Assembly (NCBI GenBank): GCA_012513605.1
Contig: JAAZBV010000156.1
Coordinates: 91,270-155,269, forward strand
Length of the DNA stretch: 64,000 nt
Direction: 5' to 3'
Source: Desulfatiglans sp.
GTDB lineage: Bacteria; Desulfobacterota; DSM-4660; Desulfatiglandales; HGW-15
Positions 20,238 to 28,421 of this stretch are shown here, piece after piece. Every line of letters begins with the position of its first letter. Within the stretch, counting starts at the first letter, position 1. A program made the translations under genes and the position numbers. The notes below the pieces were generated by a model that was not told the origin of the DNA, searched no databases, and worked only from the letters and a program-made list of their open reading frames with translations.

Positions 20238-20891
20238 ATGTTTTTTCTATTTCAGTACAGTAAAGCGGGTCTTCCAGGTGGTTTAATCAACCTTCATCAG
20301 TCACTTCTTGAAAGTATAACCTCATATTTTGAAAAAGGTGAATCAGTTAAAACAAGGGTAAGGGAGATTAGAAAGTCACTCAGAGATGCAATAACTTTTG
20401 CAAAGAAAAAGAGAATATATCCCAGCAGCAAGACAAACCGGGCAGCTGAACTTATGGAAGAGATGTATGAAGAGCTTGAACTGACCCATAAGATACTTAA
20501 AGAGGCAGCCATTGAAATGGAAAACATGATTAACAAGATAAAGGAAGAAAGGGTTATTAATGTCCACTCGATTATTACCGAGGCCCAGGAATATTTTAAG
20601 ATAAAAGAGGTTGATGCCGGGATACAGCTCCTTGAAAAGGCACAGAAGGAACTAAAAGAAAAACTGCTTGTGAAAACAAGAAAGAAGGTTTTCGCAGGTT
20701 ATAACAGTGAGCTAAAAAAATTAAAACATGAATTTGCTCAAAGGGAATGGACAGAAAGAAAGAATAAGAGCTCTAAATTTTTCAGCTTGTGCATACCCTA
20801 TGAAAATTACTCTACCTATAAACTTATCAGGAATATAATCGACGGCTTTACACGTTTAAAGAGCTCATTTGCATTTGACAGGGCAGAATAG
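20238..20891 (+). CDS. hypothetical coiled-coil protein
   Basis: 217 aa, Lys/Glu-rich with heptad-like stretches. AGGAGCGAAG lies upstream. No family recognised. Confidence 0.5.
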   Translation: MFFLFQYSKAGLPGGLINLHQSLLESITSYFEKGESVKTRVREIRKSLRDAITFAKKKRIYPSSKTNRAAELMEEMYEELELTHKILKEAAIEMENMINKIKEERVINVHSIITEAQEYFKIKEVDAGIQLLEKAQKELKEKLLVKTRKKVFAGYNSELKKLKHEFAQREWTERKNKSSKFFSLCIPYENYSTYKLIRNIIDGFTRLKSSFAFDRAE

Positions 20892-20911
20892 TCAATCCTC
20901 CAAAAGAGTGC

Positions 20912-20959
20912 AGAGACAAGGCATGTTTACCCGCCGTTATTCAGGCGGGCCTTGTCTCT
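20912..20959. terminator. nested inverted repeat (terminator-like, no T-run)
   Basis: agagacaaggc ... gccttgtctct forms the outer stem, with an inner cccgcc/ggcggg stem. Confidence 0.4.
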
Positions 20960-21126
20960 ACATATTATTCTGTTGACACATAATATTATCCCCCATATCC
21001 AGGCATCTTCGCGAGTAATCAGAGATGAATGGTAATGCCGGGGTTGAATCCAAAAACTCATCCACAAAAGCAGCCACGCTAAGGTTTTCTGCGTGCGTTT
21101 GTGTCCTATTCGGCATGTCTCTGTTT

Positions 21127-22926
21127 TTATGCATCTTTATTCAATAATACCGCTCTTATTTTTTGTAATGCAGACAAGGAAAAGATAAGGGGATAAAGTT
21201 TTTCATGATACCATAGCCTTGCAAAATAAAGGCCTATAGGGCTTGAAGGCAGTTTGTCATGGTTATTAATCATTTCAAGCAATGCTTCTGATCCTTTTAA
21301 AAGTGCCTTTTGAACTGGCGCGGCTAAATTATCAAAGAAACCATGAAGAGCCGCACAGCCTGCAATGGCATCAAGGGCAAGGGAGGTCTCCTCAATTGTG
21401 GCAGGCGCATTCTTATCTCCTCCCCATGTGCCATTTTCTTTTTGTGCCTCAATCAGCCATTTAAGTCCGCTCTTAAGCGATTCTTTCATGGTTGAAAGTT
21501 CAGTGGATTTCATACGGGTTAAATGAGAAATTACCTTTGCTGTCCCATAAACAGGGTTCTTCATATCGTGAACATCTTCGTTACCAAACCACAAAGGTAC
21601 CCATGAACCATCAGGCCGCTGAGCATTTCGTAAAAACAGGAAACCCTTTTCCATGGCAGAGTTAATACTATTTTGCAGTTCAGGCCTCATATCAGGCATC
21701 CATGCGGAACATGCTGCAAGTGCATGGGCGGTAAGGTCTGTAGCGCTTTTATCAAAGGGTAATTTACCCCAGCCTTTGCAGAATGTGGGTATGCCTCCAT
21801 CACGGTTCTGCAGATTAATAAGCCAGAGGATGGCCGCCTCAACCGCATCAAGGGGCTTTTCGCCATCCGGGTCAAGATTCTTTATGGCCATAAGGGCTCC
21901 TGAAGTATCATCCGCATCAGGCACGCCCCCTGGGAGATCAGTCCATGCCCAGCCTCCGGGGTCTGCCCCGGTATACGGGTGAATCTCCCTGTGCTGCTGG
22001 CCTATAAGCCATGTAAAAATGAGGTTTTGCTGAGTTTTACTTATATTATCATTCTTTAACGCCTGTACAGCCATTGTGGAAACCCAGGTTGATAGATTTG
22101 TATCTATCGGCCAGCTTCCGTCTGTTCGCTGGCTGTGAAGCAAAAAATTAACCCCTTTTTTTGTAACAATGTGTTCCCTGTGTCCGCAGTTTGCAAGGCT
22201 CATCAGAACAAAGCTTGTCAAAGGAGTGGCCTCCAGAAAACCTCCATTTTCAGGCTGGATTTTTGTCAGGACTTTAAGGGATTTTGTACGTGCCAGTTTA
22301 CGGGCTATCTTTTGAACCGGGTTAACAGGGGGATGATGATGAAATACGACCTGCCCGATTGCGATAAGGGCGGGAAGGGCGTAGCTTACAACCGGCAGCT
22401 TAAGCCATTTGAACCACTGCTGGGGCAGGACAGCCAGTTCAAATGGGAGACCCTTAACATGTTTCCAGCCCTCCTTACCCAGTCTGCCCGCAAGGGCACA
22501 CATGGTGAGAATAGGGCATGAAAATGTCCTGTCAGCTCCATAGGCCGTTAAGATTGATCCGGCAATCTTTTCCGGATCAATAGAACCTGCGATACCTTTT
22601 ATATATTTTTCACAGGCATCAAGGGCCTCCTGATCCGGTGAGGTAACTGTCATGGCGCAGTAAACAAGAAGGGTAGTGCTGAGGTTGCTCTTGCTTATTG
22701 CTGTATCGCCCCATCCACCATCAGGACTCTGATTTTTTATGAGCCAGTTTATGCCGGAGTTAATAGATGAAGCATGTTGATTTTCATCCACAGAAGCCAG
22801 CGCAAAAACAGCAGTTGCAGTGGAAAGGGCACTGCTGCTTAACTCACCGGTCCAGTAACCTTTGTCATTAGTTTCCGTGTGTAGCATCTGCTGCAATCTG
22901 TTAATAGTAGATTCAATCTCTTTCAT
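21127..22926 (-). CDS. squalene-hopene-cyclase-like class II terpene cyclase
   Basis: 599 aa with the N-terminal GYWTGEL. QW-type repeats are QSPDGGWG, QRTDGSWP, QNRDGGIP, QRPDGSWV and QKENGTWG. The protonation motif GGWAWTDLPGGVPDADDTS (D-A-D-D is encoded at 21907-21918) parallels the SHC DxDDTA motif. Confidence 0.8.
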   Translation of the reverse strand: MKEIESTINRLQQMLHTETNDKGYWTGELSSSALSTATAVFALASVDENQHASSINSGINWLIKNQSPDGGWGDTAISKSNLSTTLLVYCAMTVTSPDQEALDACEKYIKGIAGSIDPEKIAGSILTAYGADRTFSCPILTMCALAGRLGKEGWKHVKGLPFELAVLPQQWFKWLKLPVVSYALPALIAIGQVVFHHHPPVNPVQKIARKLARTKSLKVLTKIQPENGGFLEATPLTSFVLMSLANCGHREHIVTKKGVNFLLHSQRTDGSWPIDTNLSTWVSTMAVQALKNDNISKTQQNLIFTWLIGQQHREIHPYTGADPGGWAWTDLPGGVPDADDTSGALMAIKNLDPDGEKPLDAVEAAILWLINLQNRDGGIPTFCKGWGKLPFDKSATDLTAHALAACSAWMPDMRPELQNSINSAMEKGFLFLRNAQRPDGSWVPLWFGNEDVHDMKNPVYGTAKVISHLTRMKSTELSTMKESLKSGLKWLIEAQKENGTWGGDKNAPATIEETSLALDAIAGCAALHGFFDNLAAPVQKALLKGSEALLEMINNHDKLPSSPIGLYFARLWYHEKLYPLIFSLSALQKIRAVLLNKDA

Positions 22927-23828
22927 GGAATCTCCGCAAGATAGCCAAGGGCGAGGAGCCCGTAATAGGTGTACTCACAGTCAATAACAGGGTCTGCCCA
23001 TGTCCCGCTGAAGCCGCCCTCTGGGTTCCAGAGCGTGTCAAGAAACTCAAGGTGGCCCTCCCTAATGATCTTATTTTCAGGGAAGTAGGAAATGGCCTGA
23101 AGGGCAGTGGCAGTGCTTAAGAGATCAGGCAGATTCATTGGGCTGTCACTCTTAAAGGCGCAGAAGCCCCCCCTCTCACTTGCCCTGCCCATAAGCCATT
23201 CAGCCCCCCTTTCAGGTAAAGGCCTCCCAAGCATATGATATGAGCATATGGCCGCGGCTGTTGAGGGGGTGGTTGATATGCCCCCTGCCTGTTCATTGGC
23301 AAAGCCGCCGTCATCCATTTCAAGTTTATCAAGGCAGTTTAAAATTGCATCAGGGTCAGGAGGCGCAACACCCATATCCTCGCACATGGTAAGGGCCATA
23401 AAACAGCCATAGGCATTACCATGCGCATCTGACTGATTAGCGCTGAAACTGCCATCCGCACATCTGAGTTCTACAAGCCTTTGGGTAAGCCCCTCCTTTA
23501 GACCGGAATCAATAGTAAAGGATGATATGTCAGCCAGATTTGTATATGAGCGGGCAAGGCATGAAAGATGAACCAGGTCAAGCCCATGCCCGCTCTCAAA
23601 GCCAGCCAGATATCTTTTTATAAGATCAACAGGGAGGGAGAGCTCAAGGCTGATGGCCAGTTCAATGCCAAATACGGTATAGTAAAGGTCGCTCTTATTA
23701 TCGCGGCCCATGAATCCGCCATCGTGGTCCAGATGCCTCAATACAAAACCGCTGACAAGCCCTGTGGATTTATCCAGCAGCAGAGGCGCCCTGCCCAGGG
23801 CCTGTATCATCTCCTGTCTGAGTGTCAT
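22923..23828 (-). CDS. prenyltransferase/squalene-oxidase-repeat protein (single alpha/alpha toroid)
   Basis: 301 aa with five evenly spaced repeats: HDGGFMG, ADGSFSA, DDGGFAN, ERGGFCA and PEGGFSG. These resemble prenyltransferase beta subunits. ATGA overlap with the downstream cyclase gene. Confidence 0.7.
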   Translation of the reverse strand: MTLRQEMIQALGRAPLLLDKSTGLVSGFVLRHLDHDGGFMGRDNKSDLYYTVFGIELAISLELSLPVDLIKRYLAGFESGHGLDLVHLSCLARSYTNLADISSFTIDSGLKEGLTQRLVELRCADGSFSANQSDAHGNAYGCFMALTMCEDMGVAPPDPDAILNCLDKLEMDDGGFANEQAGGISTTPSTAAAICSYHMLGRPLPERGAEWLMGRASERGGFCAFKSDSPMNLPDLLSTATALQAISYFPENKIIREGHLEFLDTLWNPEGGFSGTWADPVIDCEYTYYGLLALGYLAEIP

Positions 23829-25479
23829 TGCAGCATCCCATTAAATCAAAGTCGCCAAATATCTTGCTGATCACGCGGCGCAAAAGCCCCTTAAGTGCAG
23901 GGTTATTAAGCTGCGCCAGGCTCTCAATTGCCCTTGCCTTTGTGCTATCCATCAATGCCCGCGCACATTGATCAATATTAAGATCGCTGAAGATCTCCAT
24001 GATATGATCAAACTCTCTCTCCCTTACGCCTGGCTCCTGCCATGCCCTTAAGAGCAGTTGACGCGCCTCCTCTTTTGCCTGTTCTGTTGCAAGGGCCATG
24101 AGTATGCTAGGGTTGTCAAGCAGGCGGCGCCTCTTTTCATGGGGGAGAAGGTAATCCTCCAGGTCATCCCTGATCTGGTAGGCTACACCCATTGCCTCGC
24201 TGTATTGATGAAGGCAGGCCAGCACAGAACTGTCCGCCCCTGCAAGGAGCGCCCCAAGGGAGAGCGCAACATCAAAGGCAGGGGATGTCTTTCTCCTGAA
24301 TATCTCGATCACCTGATTGGATGTGAGAGATTCAGGATGCCTTGACCAGTAGAGCTCCTCACCCTGCCCAAGGCACATGATGCGATGCGCATGGGCAGCA
24401 CATTCAATCAGAGAGGCCTTCACCTGCGCAGCCACATCCAACTCTGAGAGGAGCTGATATCCCCAGCCAATAAGTAGATCCCCTGCATTAAGCGCAACAG
24501 GGATGCCATATCTTGCATGAAGGGTCTCCTGCCCGTATCGAATATCATCATTATCCTCTATATCATCATGGATAAGAGATGCCTTGTGAAAGCATTCCAC
24601 TGCGACACATATACGCCTGATATTATTGTCGGAGATGTTATTGCCCGGTGTCAGGGCTGTAAATGTGCATGACGCAAGAAAGGGACGCCATCTTTTCCCT
24701 GACAGGGCAATCCAATCCATTGCAATGGCCTCTGTCTGCGTGCCTTCGGGCCTGATAACCTCATCAAGCTCCTCCTTTGAAAACCAGGAATCAACACGGT
24801 TTCTCTCCTCTTCAAGGTTCAGCCGCGGGATTGAGGGGTTTTCAGATGTTTCATACAATGCCTCCCATAGCCAGTCTGTATCAATAGCTGTGTTTTCACA
24901 CCCGTCATAGAGCAGGGGGATAGCTATACCGGGTACAGCGCCTGCCTCCATGTATGGAAAGACCCTTTCAAGTGTGGAGAGGCAGCTTACACCCAGAATT
25001 GCCTCAATCTGGCGTGTCTCTATCAGGCTCATTACAACCGGCGAACCCTCTGCAATGAGCACCGCATACCCCAGCTCCTCTGCCTGCCTTTTAAGGTCAT
25101 TTATTATGCATGATCCGCAGTGGGCGCAGATGAGCCCGATCTCATCCATAATGCCCCTGCACTTTTCCGCTGAACGCAGACACTTTGGTACCAACAGCAG
25201 GCGCCTGTTATAGGGGATGGCAGTAAAGATATCATGCCACAGGGTATTATTGATGAGCACAGCTACAAAACCCCTGAACCTTGCGGGCCATTTATACTGG
25301 TTCAGTAATATTTCTGCATGTCTCTCAAGTTCAGCAATACCAAGAGGCGCACAGAGAGAGTTTGACTCAGCATAATCCCTGACTATCCGGCGCAGCTCTT
25401 CCCTTTCCCTAAGGGTGCAGGGGATATCCGCCTGGGGCGGACGGGCATTATATATCAATGCAAGGTTAAGGTCGCTCAT
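23770..25479 (-). CDS. DUF116-like Cys-rich domain fused to a trans-polyprenyl diphosphate synthase
   Basis: 569 aa. The N-terminal half has LLLVPKCLRSAEKCRG...GLICAHCGSC...LIAEGSPVV...ILGVSCLSTL, a DUF116-like pattern recalled from memory. The C-terminal half has GKRWRP, first Asp-rich motif LIHDDIEDNDDIRYG (DDIED at 24553-24567), and second motif QIRDDLEDY. Confidence 0.75.
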   Translation of the reverse strand: MSDLNLALIYNARPPQADIPCTLREREELRRIVRDYAESNSLCAPLGIAELERHAEILLNQYKWPARFRGFVAVLINNTLWHDIFTAIPYNRRLLLVPKCLRSAEKCRGIMDEIGLICAHCGSCIINDLKRQAEELGYAVLIAEGSPVVMSLIETRQIEAILGVSCLSTLERVFPYMEAGAVPGIAIPLLYDGCENTAIDTDWLWEALYETSENPSIPRLNLEEERNRVDSWFSKEELDEVIRPEGTQTEAIAMDWIALSGKRWRPFLASCTFTALTPGNNISDNNIRRICVAVECFHKASLIHDDIEDNDDIRYGQETLHARYGIPVALNAGDLLIGWGYQLLSELDVAAQVKASLIECAAHAHRIMCLGQGEELYWSRHPESLTSNQVIEIFRRKTSPAFDVALSLGALLAGADSSVLACLHQYSEAMGVAYQIRDDLEDYLLPHEKRRRLLDNPSILMALATEQAKEEARQLLLRAWQEPGVREREFDHIMEIFSDLNIDQCARALMDSTKARAIESLAQLNNPALKGLLRRVISKIFGDFDLMGCCNDTQTGDDTGPGQGASAAG

Positions 25480-27047
25480 CTCTTTTTCTCCGTTGCGCTG
25501 TACGCGGAAATCGTTGCTGACCCTGATAATCTCTTTGACATGCCCCGAAAGGTCATGCGCCAGTTAAAGATCTCTGCCCTGCCCATCACCTGCATTATCA
25601 TACGTTTAAGCCAGGGCACACCTCCTGCCTGCTGGTTGTCCCACATGAGTTTGGGGACACGTTTAAAATTGATCTCATAACAGGTGCGATAGAGTTCAAA
25701 ATGGCTCATGCTCATACTCGAAACAGAAAAACCGCCACCTGCCCTGATATCCTTTTCAAGCACAGGCTCATAGAATACAGGGAAGACAACAAGCTCCTGA
25801 GAGGAGAGCTCTTTAATGAGACTGAGGGTATCTATCACATCCTTAGGCTCCTCACCGGGCAGGCCCAGGACAATGCTGATTACCGGGAAGAACCCGGAGC
25901 GGGTCATCCTGCCTACTGCCTCCCTTATAATGTCAGGCCAGTCTTCAGATGAAAATGGCGCAATCTTACCGGGGCTGTTGGCAGCAACAAGCCTTCCATT
26001 GGCGCTTTCAGCCCCCATGTTTACCCATAGGTATTTTGCCGGTTTTTCCCAGGTCAATAGCCGCCGGATCTCCACAAGCTCCTTTTCCTCAAGATCAATA
26101 ACGCTTGTGATATTGGCGTGATCTATCTGCATGAATGATAGCCCTTTAAGCCCTCTCATCTGTTCAAGGAGGGATGCAAGCCTTTTAAAATCAGGCCTTG
26201 TTGTGGATGAGCCATACCTGAAAAAATCTTCGCTCCCGCTCACCACATTTTTTATTCCATTGGAAAGGTTTGTCTCGAGGTCTGCCATGATCATATCAGG
26301 GGAAAGGTGTTTCATCCCCTTCTGGGCCATGCTGCAAAACCTGCATCCCCTTCCGCATCCCCTTGAAAGCTCAATAATACCCATCATTGAGGGGCCACAA
26401 ATGGGCTGAACGCGCTCGATGCCAATCCCATTTACAGCAACATAATTATCTACATGCCTGCCCGCTAAAATGTCAGCAATAAGCTCAGGGCCAGATTCTT
26501 CGAAATAGCCCTCATATACCACATCAATGCCAAGACGGGCCGCTTCATCCGGGCTGGTTATAAATTGCCATGCGCCTGCCCCTCCGAACACCACCTTGAA
26601 GGGGTATTTTTTTTTGGCAGCCTTGAGCATGAGGAGCGTCTCTCTTGTCCATCTCCTGGTATAGAGTTCCCCTCCCCAGAAGCTGCTTGTGGTGGTATTG
26701 CTCATGCCATGACCAAGAGGGTCGCTGGAGCTGAAGAGCACAAGCTTTACCCATGGCCCAATAAGGTCAAAAAGCCGCTCAGGTGTGGTGCAGACTATAT
26801 CATCAGGAGAGAGACCTGATGCGGCCCTCATGCATGATTCAATGCGGCGCAGCCCCAGGGGAGCAACAGAGGCCCTGCCATTTTCATCAGTATGCACCTT
26901 TGGGCTTAGAAAATATCTCATAAGGGGTTCAGGCACCTTGCTTGTCTGCATGGTTGCAAAGATGCCCTCAAACAATACTGGGTAATTGGCGCTTAGTGTG
27001 CGGTCAGCCACCAGTATAACGGCAGGTCTTAAGAAGTTATTTTTCAT
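25476..27047 (-). CDS. radical SAM protein with N-terminal B12-binding-like domain (class-B-like)
   Basis: The track ORF runs to 27119. ATG 27047 (MKNNFLRPAVILVADR...) has a GGAGATCAGG RBS. The N-terminal VILVADR...APLGL layout resembles B12-domain rSAMs. The Fe-S triad is CGRGCRFC (26334-26357). Confidence 0.75.
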   Translation of the reverse strand: MKNNFLRPAVILVADRTLSANYPVLFEGIFATMQTSKVPEPLMRYFLSPKVHTDENGRASVAPLGLRRIESCMRAASGLSPDDIVCTTPERLFDLIGPWVKLVLFSSSDPLGHGMSNTTTSSFWGGELYTRRWTRETLLMLKAAKKKYPFKVVFGGAGAWQFITSPDEAARLGIDVVYEGYFEESGPELIADILAGRHVDNYVAVNGIGIERVQPICGPSMMGIIELSRGCGRGCRFCSMAQKGMKHLSPDMIMADLETNLSNGIKNVVSGSEDFFRYGSSTTRPDFKRLASLLEQMRGLKGLSFMQIDHANITSVIDLEEKELVEIRRLLTWEKPAKYLWVNMGAESANGRLVAANSPGKIAPFSSEDWPDIIREAVGRMTRSGFFPVISIVLGLPGEEPKDVIDTLSLIKELSSQELVVFPVFYEPVLEKDIRAGGGFSVSSMSMSHFELYRTCYEINFKRVPKLMWDNQQAGGVPWLKRMIMQVMGRAEIFNWRMTFRGMSKRLSGSATISAYSATEKKR

Positions 27048-27936
27048 CCTGATCTCCGGCCTTAAAGGCCCTTTTTTGTATCCGGGACAGGTCTGATGGT
27101 GAGAGTCCTTCCAGCACACTCATCGGGATATCAAGCCTTTTGTGAAGCGCCTCCAGCATATTAACCGGCTTGCGCGGCTCAGCGGAAAAGAGCCCGCCCT
27201 GCCTGCCGCGGTTTCTCAGCATGGAGTGGATGTCTGTTCCATTCAGAAGATCCAGCCTTACAGGAGGTGCCTGGATTTTTGATTCATCTATTTCGTCACC
27301 ATTAAATGGTGGCTGATTCAGTTTAGGAAATATAATGGCCCTGCCAGGGCATATACGGGCGCATGCGGCACAGTTGTTTTTACAGTTGTCAGGGTGGGAA
27401 ACCCTGATATTGGCCTCTTCATCAATGGTGTAGACACCAAAAAGACAGAAATTAAAACAGAGTTTACATTTCTGGCAGCGGCCCCGATCAATTACCGGGA
27501 ACCATGGCTCCTGTAAACCGCTGAATGCTATCTTCTCAGGAGTGCCTCCTGAACCTCCTGTTACCTCACTTGTGACCCTTGACATGATCTCTTCAGGAGG
27601 CATGACCCGCGGGTTGAGGATTATGATTTGACTGCCGGGTGAAGACTCTGCCTCTGCCATGCTGAACAGGGCCTGTATGGCCCTCTCATAACAGGCAATA
27701 ACAATAAGTTTACTGTATTGCACCCACGCCTTTAACAGCGGGTCATTATGCGAGACAAGCCCGCACAGGTCATCAACAATAACCGCATCATGGCCATGTT
27801 GTTCAAGACTTTTAAGCAGCATATCACGGGATTCATCAGAGACCAAATCCCTGTGGGTACATTTGCAGTAAACTATCATATTATTTTCAGCCATATAACT
27901 TCCAAAAATATTAAGCTGTTTTTTTGTCTGTTTCAT
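27037..27936 (-). CDS. 4Fe-4S dicluster domain protein (ferredoxin-like)
   Basis: 299 aa with Cys motifs CQKCKLCFNFC and CKNNCAACARICP and an extra Cys-containing N-terminal domain. An alternative start MAENN at 27894 has GGAAG upstream. The stop overlaps the rSAM start by 11 nt. Confidence 0.7.
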   Translation of the reverse strand: MKQTKKQLNIFGSYMAENNMIVYCKCTHRDLVSDESRDMLLKSLEQHGHDAVIVDDLCGLVSHNDPLLKAWVQYSKLIVIACYERAIQALFSMAEAESSPGSQIIILNPRVMPPEEIMSRVTSEVTGGSGGTPEKIAFSGLQEPWFPVIDRGRCQKCKLCFNFCLFGVYTIDEEANIRVSHPDNCKNNCAACARICPGRAIIFPKLNQPPFNGDEIDESKIQAPPVRLDLLNGTDIHSMLRNRGRQGGLFSAEPRKPVNMLEALHKRLDIPMSVLEGLSPSDLSRIQKRAFKAGDQDEK

Positions 27937-28421
27937 AAAATAATTAAGACATTACCTTGAGCCTTGCGCCATTAATTATCTAAATATTCAATGTGGAAAC
28001 ACAACTGATGCGCAGCATGTAATGCTCAAATATAAACATGATATATTTTAATGCATTATATAGCCAATTAAAGGATAGTCAATCTATGTTGATGCCTATC
28101 CCTTGAATCCTGTTTATTCCCATATCCTTTCTCTCACTATTAGACTTTTGACTCTCTTTCTTTCTCTCCTCTTTTCCCCCCTTGCTTTTTTAAATAGTTC
28201 ATCTTAAACCCAGCTTTTTTATTAGTTTGGGTGCAATGTATTATTGTATCTTTTCAATCTCGGGGAGTTAACTTATAATTGTTTATGGTTCATGCATTTG
28301 TGTATTAAAAAGATGAAAACGGGTATGATGTATACCTTCACCGCCCGGAAGAGCCATGCCGGAAATTTTTTGGGGCTCCAAAGGCCAAGGCTAATGATGA
28401 TTAAATATAAGGAGAACTATT

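Noticed and set aside
21127-27936. Annotating the cluster as an ordinary hopanoid (hpn) locus.
   Set aside because: The window has no squalene synthase or HpnCDE, and no HpnH, HpnG or HpnA. The prenyl synthase is fused to a DUF116-like domain and accompanied by an extra toroid protein. I kept it as an uncharacterised isoprenoid cluster instead.
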